Source: Moniliella sp. 'wahieum' (lineage: Eukaryota). Taken from it: 64,000 bases of DNA. The position numbers and the translations under genes are program-made. The notes beneath the pieces are model-generated. The model worked only from the letters and a program-made list of their open reading frames with translations. It had not been told where the DNA came from and made no database searches. Positions 1 to 10,974 of the stretch are shown one piece after another (position 1 is the first letter of the stretch; every line of letters starts with the position of its first letter). The DNA lies in assembly GCA_003971905.1 (NCBI GenBank), contig RSEE01000136.1:1-64000 (forward strand). The letters run 5' to 3'.

Positions 1-23
1 ATCAGGGACGGCCGGGGGGGGAC

Positions 24-232
24 CTACCGGACCAGGCGGAGCAGCCTCAGCAGGGGCAGGATGAGCGAGGCCCGGCGGGGGAGACTGCGAACCAGCCCGA
101 GCAGCCTGAGAATTGGCGGCAGGAGCGAGGCCCGGCGGGGGGGAGACTGCGAACCAGCCGAGCAGCCTGAGCGTAGGGCAGGAGCGAGGCTCGGCGGGGG
201 GAGACTGCGAACCAGCCCGAGCGGGCTGAGCA
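24..232. repeat. GC-rich tandem repeat, ~60-66 bp unit, 3-4 copies
   Basis: Core GAGCGAGGC(C/T)CGGCGGGGG(G)AGACTGCGAACCAGCC recurs at ~63, ~123 and ~182, with a more degenerate copy before 60. Confidence 0.85.
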
Positions 233-2095
233 GACGGCGGAGTAGCGGCCGGACGGGCAGGAGGCGTCGAAGGCATCGGGGACGGGGCGCGTGGTGAATG
301 GGCAGGATTGCCGCGGGGATTGTGGGCGGGGATGGGAGAAGTGGACATGGTGGGATGCGGTTGGGCGTGAAGCACAGTGCGATGGGTGGGGGGGGCGGGG
401 GAAGGGGCGGGGGAAGGGGGGGGGAAGGGGGGGGGGGGGGACAGGGCAAGGATGCGTGGGTTAAAGAGTGGGCTTGCTGGCTGGGGCAGACCCCCAGGCC
501 AGCTGGCGCCCATGCCGGCTGGTGCGTCCCCCCTGCGGGAAGGTGCCGGGCAGCGGCGAGGCTCAGGTGCGGTCCCGGGCAGCCAGCGGCGAGGCTCAGG
601 TGCGGCGCCCACGCCGCCAGCAGGCGCGAGCGCATGCCAGGGACGATGGTGGTCAGGCAGACCAACAGGCACGAGCGGCACCGCTGCGCACGGCCCCCGG
701 CACATGGCACCCATCACCCATCCCAACCCACACGCTCACCGCTCGCCTCACCGCTCCCGCGGGTGGATGATTTCTTTCCGCCGGCCTGCCGCGGTGCGCT
801 TGGCCTGTATCCTGGCGCCCCTTGTCTCTGTTGACCACCACCGTCGTTACCCCCTGCACCCATCGCCCCGCCTGGCCCGCCCAGGAACGCACCACCGTCG
901 TTGCCGATCCCCAATGAGCGCCTGGCCCAGGCACCACCCAGCCCAGACTCGGCACTGGCCACGGTGCCAGCAGCGTTCGAGGGCCCGCTGTTTCCGCAAC
1001 GAAAGCTCACCGCAGTGTGCCCTGCTTGATGTGGAACATGGGTCGGATCCACACACTGCACCCCAACACATCTTTCACGCCCGTGTGGTGGCAGCACACC
1101 TTCCTGGTCTGACACAGATCGTTATGCAGGTAAAACCTGGGACGGCTCGGCGCATCAGGGTTCCAGCTCTGGCTCTGCCCCTGCCAGCGACTGCAAACAC
1201 AAACCAAGACCGCTGAGCGCCCTCGAGCAAATCCACACCTCAGTCGTGTTCACATCCTACCCCAGCTCGAGCCAGCCCGAGTCCGCTGGTCAGGCCCGGA
1301 CCAGAATCAGACACGGTTCAGGCGCCAGTCTGATGATCCATGACCCCACCCAGGTCGAACCAACCCCCCTGCCCCCCACCCGTAATCTGCCCTCCCTCTT
1401 CTGCCATCCACAATGGGGTCTCGTACGTAGATCCAATGACCATCTCGTTTTGCCCTGATCGCCGTGTCCACCCGAGCCACAACATAAACAAGTCGCATGT
1501 TCCAGCCTAGTGGCACGGCGCACACCCTGGCGACACCATCGAGCTGGGCCATAAATCAAACCCGGCAGCACCTGACCCAACGGCCAGCGCGACACCCAAT
1601 GAGAGTCAGAAGGAGAGAATCACAGACGAAAGATTGGCGGATGCAGTGGCTGACGCCCTCGCCGCTCCAGGGGAAGAACCAGGCACGGGGGATAAACAGC
1701 ACGCTGGCTCATCAGGTGGTGGGAGAAACAAAGATGAGCGGCTTTCGCTCCCGTGGGACCCAAAGCACCCCCCCCCCCGCAAACACAGGCCTAACGGCAA
1801 GGTGGAAGAGACAGACTAGCCTCTGCAAAGGCCATAGCAGATGGCGCATGTCGAACGCCTTGACACCGGAGGAGGACGAAAAAACAAGTGCTGGAGCAAA
1901 GACAAGTATCCGGGTGGAGGCGGAAGAAACAGGATGCGACGCAAATTGACACAGAACGCAAGCATAGTATCGAGACAGGGACCGTGGCTGCCGCCATGAG
2001 TTGCCACTATGACACTAGTGATTGCATTGGCCAGGAACGGGCCTACTGTCGTTGCCGATCCCCAACTGGGCGCTCGCCCAGGCACCACCCAGGCA

Positions 2096-3129
2096 AGAGT
2101 CGGGACTGGACACGGCGCAAGCAGCGTTGGAGGGCCGGCTATATTTGCTCAGGGCAAGCTCAGCGCACTGGTGTGCACTGTCCTGATCTGCAGCATGCAT
2201 CGAAACACAGTTGGCATTTGCACCCCAGGCCCACCGGCAGTACAGCAGGGCCGCACTTTTGCAGTGAATCCCAACCGAGCTGGACCGAAGGCCTGAACGT
2301 TGAAGGCCTGAGGCCTGGGCGCTGGGCGTTAAGCACTGGCAGCTCAGACTGAGCGCTGGGCCTGAGGGACGTGCGGGAGCGCGCTGCCAACGATGTACCT
2401 GAGCGCACACCCTGCGCCACTGCGTCCTCCTCCGCAGGAGGCCGCCCCCCCCGCTCCGGCACGCGGCATCTTGGCAGCAGCTGCAAGCATTGGCACGTCA
2501 CGCTTTTGCAGCTCCAGGCCAGCCCCGGCGTTCAACATTCAACGCTCCCGGTAACGCACGTGGATGCGGTCGCCTGTCGGGCGTACCATCGTCACCAAAC
2601 CGCGGCGTCCACAGCGCGTCGCATGTCACACACCCATTGTAACCCACCCTCACACGTACATGCAATGCCCCATCCCGGTCATGCCACCGCGGTTGCACTC
2701 TGGCTCCACCCCGCACGGAACATTCCCCGCCCCGGACCCTGTCACATCCGTTGCCGCATGCGGCTTTAGCGTGTGTCACATGTCACATGGCACATGCGGG
2801 CTCATTAGTAAGTAGCCCCCATGCCGATCATTTCGAGCTGGCACCGCCAGGACACTGGCCCCGCACCCAAACTGTCAGAGGTCACCAACCGTCAGGCACC
2901 TCCCTTCGCCCTCCGCACGTTTCAGAGGGCCAGCGTAAACTCTGCATTCCAGCACACAGGCCCCGCGCCCAAACTGTCAGAGGTCACCATCTGTCAGGCG
3001 CCACATTTTCGCACTTACACACTGTGGTGCCTGACATTTGCAACCTCTGCAATTCTGAGACGAAAAACGTCATTTTCATAGAGAAAATCGACGGAGTTAT
3101 GCAGTCCTTCACGTGAATATCTGACTAGG
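2096..3129. repeat. ~1.04-kb direct repeat, copy 1
   Basis: Nearly identical to 5083-6137 from AGAGTCGGGACTGGACAC through TTCACGTGAATATCTGACTAGG; the same ORF translations appear twice in the ORF track. Confidence 0.95.
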
Positions 3130-4049
3130 CAGAGCGTCGGACGGGGACGGCATGGCAAGCTGCACGGTCTGCTGGGACGGGTGCGAGGCAAGTGGGTACA
3201 TGGGCGAGACGAGCTTCCAGATGGCCAAGCCAAGCGTCCAGACGGCCCACTCAAGCGCGGCAGCGGTGGCAGCAGCCGAGACGGTGACCTTGGACGGCCA
3301 GGACGCCAGACCGAGGCCAGCAAGCATGCACAACGCCATGCACCATCCCCTGCACCATTCCCTGCTTCCGCTTGGCCGGCCCGACGGTGGCGATGGCCGA
3401 ATGAATAGTGATGGTGGCCGAGTCAATGGTGGGGATGGCCTGGGCGTGCGTGGGAGGTGGGAGCGCGGCGCTGGGGCGGGTGGGGAGGCAGGGGGACGTG
3501 AGAAAGCCGGCCCGGGACGGGGTGGGAGGTGGCTGCAGAGACACAGAAGCTGGGCAGACGACAGAAGCGTGTGGGTCAGCGGAGGCCTGGGGGGTGGCAG
3601 ATGAGGCGCGGGAAGCGTGAAGTGGAAGATTGGAGGCTCAGAACGAGGGGGTTAAACGAGGCAACAGACCTTGGGGGGCGGGCAAAGCCAGCCGGGTTGG
3701 GGGGGGGGGCGTGGTAAGAAACCAACCAGATCCGTCGCCTGGCCCGTGCATTCATCCGCCGCTGGCTGAAAATATTAACATTTGCAATTGCACCGATGCA
3801 CGCGCAGCCTGCGCGGTCAGATTGGCTCGGCCGCCACCAAATCGACCAAGCCGCCACCACCACCAACGCATCCACCGCCACACGCCCGTTCTCCATCGCG
3901 GTGCATCGTCTTGCCCCCACGCGTGCGCGTCTGAAGAGGACTACCTGGGGCACGCTACGCCACCACTCGTGCTCTGACTCGTCCCAAATTGGTGGGGCAC
4001 CGACGCTGTTTGTTGGGACCGTGCGCCGTCGGGACCGCACCTGAGGTAA

Positions 4050-4870
4050 TTGGATGTGGTGTAACCTCAATCCTGGACCGAATCAAAAGCGCATCATCAT
4101 TCTTGAAAGCCTTGATTCTGGGCTACGCTACACCGTTGACAGATCTCTGATTCGTCCAGAATTGGTTGAACGCCGCCAGCATCAACATCGACCATCCGCT
4201 GTTTGGACCTAACCTCTGATGTTCACATGTGGTGTGACCCCAATCCGGGCCCAATCTGCGTGCCCCTGACCTCCCATGGAAGCCCTGCTTCTGATGCAAG
4301 ATGTGCATGTATGCAATCTATTGTTTGATGAGGATTGGTGCTGTGCCGGCACCGTCAACATAGACCCTCATCCGAATCAAGCTAACATCAGATGTTGGGG
4401 CGTGTTCTGACCTCAATGCTGGACCAATCCTGGAGCGCCTTACCTCCCCTGGAAGCCCTGCTTGTAGTGCACGATGGGGCGCGACGATCTCTGACATCCG
4501 ACGACAACTGGTGGAGCGGCGGCGCCATCAACACCCACCTGCCCGTGTTTGGACCTGCTGTGCACCATCGCTTCAGCTGGAGGACAGATGCAGATGGTAG
4601 TCGATGTAGGCCTGCCCTGGTGGAAGGCGAGGGAGTACGCTGCAGCGGGAGGCTTGGATGAGGCGTGCACCTGAGCGGGAGCGGCTGGGATCGATGCATG
4701 CTGGGATGAGATGGTGGCGTATGCCGGCGGGACCAAAATGGCGATATCTCAGCCGTCTCTCATCCGTTCTGGCTCACATTTGGCATGCTACCAACGGTAA
4801 GCAAGCACTGTTGGAGGCATGCATCAGATCCTCCATCTGCCTCACGATCAGGGGCAACGCGCATAGAGGG
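4050..4870 (+). pseudogene. Degenerate internally repeated coding-like segment, possibly an ankyrin-repeat remnant
   Basis: 4063-4210 aligns with 4410-4557 (e.g. GATCTCTGA...CATCAACA...TGTTTGGACCT). Frame-shifted translations give LVER-GA-IN-like and NGKQALLEAC segments reminiscent of ankyrin repeats. No intact ORF. Confidence 0.25.
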
Positions 4871-5082
4871 TGCTAGCGCCAAATGAAGCACGGATATGGA
4901 CGATGCTCACCACGAGACGGCCATGCATGGTGACATGGGTGGTGGTGGTGGTGGATGTGGCTGGGGTTGGGGCGGTGGTGGTGGCGTGGCGGCGCTGGAT
5001 TAATGGTTTGCGCACACCAACATCAGATGCGCTGCGCCGGCAGCGCGCACAGCGGTGGACAGCGGTCGGATGGCCACAGGCC

Positions 5083-6137
5083 AGAGTCGGGACTGGACAC
5101 GGCGCAAGCAGCGTTGGAGGGCCGGCTATATTTGCTCAGGGCAAGCTCAGCGCACTGGTGTGCACTGTCCTGATCTGCAGCATGCATCGAAACACAGTTG
5201 GCATTTGCACCCCAGGCCCACCCGGCAGTACAGCAGGGCCGCGCTTTTGCAGTGAATCCCAACCGAGCTGGACCGAAGGCCTGAACGTTGAAGGCCTGAG
5301 GCCTGGGCGCTGGGCGTAAGCACTGGCAGCTCAGACTGAGCGCTGGGCCTGAGGGACGTGCGGGAGCGCGCTGCCAACGATGTACCTGAGCGCACACCCT
5401 GCGCCACTGCGTCCTCCGCAGGAGGCCGCCCCCCCCGCTCCGGCACGCGGCATCTTGGCAGCAGCTGCAAGCATTGCGCGTCACGCTTTTGCAGCTCCAG
5501 GCCAGCCCCGGCGTTCAACATTCAACGCTCCCCGGTAACGCACGTGGATGCGGTCGCCTGTCGGGCGTACCATCGTCACCAAACCGCGGCGTCCCCAGGG
5601 CGTCGCATGTCACACACCCATTGTAACCCACCCTCACACGTACATGCAATGCCCCATCCCGGTCATGCCACCGCGGTTGCACTCTGGCTCCACCCCGCAC
5701 GGAACATTCCCCGCCCCGGACCCTGTCACATCCGTTGCCGCATGCGGCGTTAGCGTGTGTCACATGTCACATGGCACATGCCGTGTTAGCGGGCGGCACA
5801 TGCGGGCTCATTAGTAAGTAGCCCCCATGCCGATCATTTCGAGCTGGCACCGCCAGGACACTGGCCCCGCACCCAAACTGTCAGAGGTCACCAACCGTCA
5901 GGCACCTCCCTTCGCCCTCCGCACGTTTCAGACGGGCCAGCGTAAACTCTGCATTCCAGGACACAGGCCCCGCGCCCAAACTGTCAGAGGTCACCATCTG
6001 TCAGGCGCCACATTTTCGCACTTACACACTGTGGTGCCTGACATTTTGCAACCTCTGCAATTCTGAGACGAAAAACGTCATTTTCATAGAGAAAATCGAC
6101 GGAGTTATGCAGTCCTTCACGTGAATATCTGACTAGG
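5083..6137. repeat. ~1.05-kb direct repeat, copy 2
   Basis: Matches 2096-3129 apart from small indels and one ~20-bp insertion near 5780. Confidence 0.95.
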
Positions 6138-6557
6138 GTAGATAGCTCGCTACCCGAAGGGGAGGGAGTTATGCCGAGGCGATAGCTCGCTATAAAATCG
6201 TCCGCTCTATGCAGCATATGGCCTCCGTTTTTCGATTGGGCCACCCGTTCAAAAGTTACACCCACCCATCCCTAACCCTACCCACCCCGACCCACCCCAT
6301 CCGTCGTATCTCGGCCGTGCACGGTCCGTTTGACCTCAGATTTCACACACCCCAGTCCAGAGGGTGCCCTTCCGATCCCCCTGCCACCAAAACATGACAC
6401 CCCTCTGGGCCGAATACAACACGTTCAAAGAAAAATGTTGGGCTACCCCCCAAACGACACCGAATATGGTGTCTGCCAGGTAGATCAGGAGGTGTGCTGA
6501 AAAAAAATATTTTTGCGTTGGGTGGTGGTGGTAGGTGGTGGCGACGGCCTTCCGGGT

Positions 6558-6591
<34 letters not shown>

Positions 6592-8833
6592 TTGCTATTT
6601 AATTAATGCTGGTCACCGGTGGGCGGTCACCGGGTGCGCCGGGGGTCATGACGGCAAGGCCAAAAATACCCTCGGATACATCAGGTGGGATCCCTCCAGT
6701 ACATCTAGATGTATCACAGGGATCTCGTGACACAGCCAGTCCCGTGACATCCCTCGGGAGTTGGGAATATGTCTAGGCCGTCGGCCAACATCTCGCAGGC
6801 GGCGGTCACCGTTGGGCGGTCACCGGGCTGGCCGGCGGGCCCGGCCGTGACTACATAGGTCATAGGCCTCAGGACTATTGAGGTATCGCATACGGGCTAG
6901 CCCGGTGGCGATAACCTCTGCCTCGATTGTTATGCGCCAGGGGACTATTGAATCTTTGAACATACGTCTAGGCTGCATGAGCGCCAGCTGCGCGCTGGGG
7001 GCGGAGAGGACGATGGCGGCGCTGGGCATGGTATGGTGGTGGTGGCGGCGCTCAACATGGTGGTGAGAGTGGTGGCGCGGCTGCAGCGGGGGGTGCAAGT
7101 GATGCGCCACACGTAATTAAAACGCCACTGGTATTTGCAAACTGGCGAGGGGGACGCGCGTGGCCGCCGCCCTCGTCACCCGGGGGCGTGGGGGGTGGGT
7201 GACGCCCCCTGACAGGCTTGGACGGCCGGCCAGAGGAATCAAATCTACCCAAATCCTTCCACGTAGACGGCACGGAGGGTACCCAGGTACTTTTTGTTCC
7301 TCTGGCACTCAATCCAGGAGCGGAATCTTCCCATCCATTCCGGAAAATATGTCTAGGCCAGGGCCTGTCGGCCCGCCGGCCCGGCCCAGAGCTTGTACAA
7401 TTTTCACCAACCGGGCTCGCTGGTTTTCACCTAGTGGTTTTTCAAACAAGGTGGGGGCCGATTTCAAATTGAAAATCACCAATTGATGCTGACAACATAT
7501 GTCTAGGGCACATGTCCATGTCATGTCGCATGTCAAATCGCGCATGCTGCATGCCCCATGCGCTGCATCACCGCACCGCGGCACCTGTCACCTGTCACGC
7601 GTCACGCGCCACCAGCGCACCAGCCACCGCAGTACCACGCATGTCCAAGCCAGTCTCCAGTCACTCATCACGCGTCACTTGTCAGTACCATGTCAGTACT
7701 CATTACATCATTGTATGTCATTCTATTGATGATTCGATGATCGACGTCCTCGGTCATCGGTGTGGCTCGGTGACTCCTCGGCGATGATCGATACGCCCGC
7801 GGTCCAGTGCTCCGACCGCCGGGCCTCGGCCTCAGCGGTGGTGCAGCCACTGCACCTGCGTGCGAGTGCTCCCACTGCCTGCGCCCCAGCTTTGGTGTCG
7901 TACCGCCTGCACCTGCATGATAGTACTTCAACACCTCAGCGCTGGTGGCTGGTGCCGCACCGGCTGTGCCTCAGTGCTGGTGCGGTCCTGCCTGCACTTG
8001 CATGTGCATGATGCATGACATGCATGATAGCGCCTCAAGCTTCGACGTCTTCAACGCCTCAGGCCTCAGGTCACCGGTCAGGCCTCAGGCCTCAGGCCTC
8101 AGGCGCCTCAGGGCAGCACCCAATGCGAATCACAGGTCGCATTGGCACACCAAGTGCACGGGCCATGCGGCTTGCACTGTGCCTGACATGGACTGGGGCC
8201 ACAACGCCTGCCGCATCGCAGAGCACCGCCGCTACGCCCGCTGCCCCTTGTTTGCTGCCGTTCACAACGGCAACGCCGCCACGCTGCACCCGCCAGATGC
8301 CAGTGTAGGAGAGCTCGGCCAGCGCTCAACGCTCAGCGGACGTGCCTGCAGGCCCAACTGCCCCGCGCACCACCTCGCACGCCCCCGCGCCCCCCGCCTC
8401 CTTCTCGTGGCCTGCTGGACTGAGGCATTGATGGGACTGATGATGAATGGATCAACATCTGGTCAATCTGCGTGCGGGATGGGTGTCCACCTGGCCATCT
8501 GCATGCGCCAGCACCATCCCCAGACCTCCTGGACCTCTCCACCCACCACGCGCTTGCACTGCAACTCATGATCCCACAACAGTAACAGCCAAGCTGATAG
8601 CGATGGTACACTATGGGTGCCGGGGGGTTGCATGAGCACGGGCGCGGCAGAGTCGTAGCAGATGTATGGCAGGTCGTCGGTACTGCCCCAGGAAGCGCCT
8701 CGGAAGGTGGCTATCGAGGGGCTGCGCGAGCAGCGGCCCGAGCCACCGCTTGTTCCATGGTTAGAATAGCTCAAGCGCACGTCGTAACTTCTAACTTGTC
8801 AACCAGCGAGAGGACCACCGGGCCGACGGCCTG

Positions 8834-9055
8834 GTTGAACACGTTGAACGTTGAACGTTGAACGTTGACCGTTGAGCTTGAGCTTGAGCCTCAGGGGCCG
8901 CAAGCTTGACCTCAAGGCTGAGCGGTTGAACGTCGAGCGGTTGAACTTCAACGTTCAACCTTGAACGGTTGAACTGTTGAACGGTTGACCGGTTGAACGT
9001 TGAACGTTGAACGTTGAACGTTGAATATTGAATGTTGAACGTTGAACGTTGAAGA
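8834..9055. repeat. Tandem (AACGTTG)n heptamer array with palindromic-core variants
   Basis: TTGAACGTTGAACGTTGAACGTTGA... with variant units AATATTG, ACCGGTTG, AACGGTTG and AAGCTTG. Confidence 0.95.
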
Positions 9056-9486
9056 CGTAATCCCAATGCGGGGTCACCTTAACCGGCATATATATGTCAT
9101 GCCCCCCGGGGGTTGACCCTGTTCAAAACAGTGTATGTTTGCGAATTCGCGCCGGCTTGCGCTGCAACCTAGATCAGTCGAAAGCTACGAAGCACGCGCG
9201 TTTCATAATGGGTAGAGGTCGTCCACGTTATCGATAAAAAAAATACCAAGTGGGCGGAGTACCTCGGGTGACCCCCTCCTATGACACATTTTTGGGTGTG
9301 GTGCGCCAACCAGTGGTGGTGGTGGTGAGCCAATGGTACCGTTAGACTCGTACAGTGCCGCCGCACGCGCTCCGGCCATCAGAAACATCAAAAATAGCAG
9401 TTTCAAAAACCCGCCCCTAAATCTGGACCGGTCGGACACCCTTGTAATATACCCCCCCCATACCCCCCCCTCCAAACACCCTGTGT

Positions 9487-9604
9487 ATCCGCGGCCATAG
9501 AACTGTGAAAGCACCGCATCCCGTCCGATCTGCGAAGTTAACCACAGTATCGCCCAGTCAGTACTACGGTGGGGGACCACGTGGGAATCCTCGGTGCCGC
9601 GGTT
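9487..9604 (+). rRNA. 5S rRNA
   Basis: 118 nt ATCCGCGGCCATAGAAC...GCATCCCGTCCGATCTGCGAAGTTAA...AGTACTACGGTGGGGGACCACGTGGGAATCC...GCCGCGGTT. The ends pair (CCGCGGC/GCCGCGG) and the sequence resembles basidiomycete 5S as I recall it. Same strand as the large rRNA genes. Confidence 0.96.
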
Positions 9605-9605
9605 C

Positions 9606-9610
9606 TTTTT
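9606..9610 (+). terminator. RNA polymerase III oligo-T terminator of 5S
   Basis: TTTTT immediately after the 5S 3' end. Confidence 0.8.
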
Positions 9611-9889
9611 GCCCCCCCCCTCTTTGGTACGTGCCCCCCTCCCGCCCTCCTTTTGCACACCCACCCTCCATCGGCAGGGCTCCCCCCCGTACTAATACAC
9701 CCCGCCCCCATCGGCCACCGTTGCGGCGCTACACCCCATTCTACCCCCCATCTTTGACCCCCCGCCCATGCCCGGCAAGTGTTCCCCCCGCGCCCCCACT
9801 CCGCCCACACCTCCTTCCCACCCCCCTCTCCACTTCGTTCTAATACCACTTGGCCGTACCTCCAACGGTTCAGCAGCTACAGCACTTCC

Positions 9890-10920
9890 CCGCATACCTC
9901 ACCCTATAGTGCACATAGTACCTTCAGTGGTGCCCCCCTCCCTGGGTACCCACCCTACTGCTGCCCCACTCCACCCAGCACTAGTCCAATCCCTCCTCTA
10001 CAAGTCCAATTAGAGCCCCCCAGCCGCAGCTCCCACCGTCGAGGAGCTATAGTGCTGACCTCACCGCCTTCACCCTATAGGACCATGTGTACACCGTCAC
10101 CCCTCCGTGGGTACTCACCCTACAGCTGCCCCACTCCACCCAGCGCTAGTCCCACCCGTCCTCTAGAGGTCCAATTAGAACACCCCGCCCGCGGGACCAA
10201 CGGTGGAGGAGCTGTCGTGCTACCCTCGGCGGCCCTCACCCTATAGGACCATATATACCAATGGTACCACCTTCCAACCATCACCCCTCCCTGAGTACTC
10301 ACCCTGCAGCTGTCCCACTCCCCCCAGGTCTAGTCCATAGCTCCCTCTCCAAGTCCAATTAGTGCACTTTCGGGGTAGCAGCACATGGGGAGGGAGATGT
10401 GGTACTCTCCGTGCTCTTCACCCTATATAGTACATATACTGTCGGTACCACCTACCACCCGTCACCCCTCCCTCACCACTCCCGACAGCTGCCCCGCTTC
10501 GGCCAGCGCTAGTCCATAGCTCCCTCTCCAGGTCCAATTAGTACACTTCCGGGGTAGCAGCACATGGGGAGGGAGAAGTGGTACCCTCTGTGCTCTTCAC
10601 CCTATATAAGACCATATATACCCTCCGTACCACCTTCCAACCATCACCCCTCCATGACCACTCACCCGACAGCTGCCCCACTTCGCCCAGCTCTAGTCCT
10701 AGGCTGCCGTACCAAGTCCAATTAGTGCACTTTCGGGGTAGCAGCACATGGGGAGGGAGAAGTGGTACCCTCCGTGCTCTTCACCCTATATAGGACATAT
10801 ACTGTCGATACCACCTACCAACCGTCACCCCTCCATGACCACTCACCCGACAGCTGCCCCACTTCGCCCAGCGCTAGTCCTCGGCTGCCGTACCAAGTCC
10901 CATTAGTGCACTTCCGCCAC
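9890..10920. repeat. rDNA intergenic spacer subrepeats, ~6 copies of ~170-185 bp
   Basis: Recurring TCACCCTATA...ACAGCTGCCCCACT...CTAGTCC...GTCCAATTAG at ~9900, 10070, 10237, 10418, 10597 and 10781. Confidence 0.92.
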
Positions 10921-10974
10921 AGCAGCAACCCTAGTACACCTCACTTAGTACCATTCACCCTACAGACCCCTGTA

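Noticed and set aside
24..1216. Long Pro/Gly/Arg-rich ORFs as genes
   Set aside because: Expected in very GC-rich repetitive DNA; they overlap on both strands with no recognisable domain.
3100..3129. Helitron 3' end (palindrome plus CTAG)
   Set aside because: CTAG is followed by G in both copies, not the expected T of an A/T target, the palindrome is short, and no 5' TC end or Rep/helicase is seen.
2096..6137. Intact LTR retrotransposon
   Set aside because: No TG...CA termini, primer-binding site, target-site duplication or gag/pol motifs.
9890..10920. CRISPR-like array
   Set aside because: Whole units are similar along their length with no unique spacers; eukaryotic rDNA spacer context and no cas genes.
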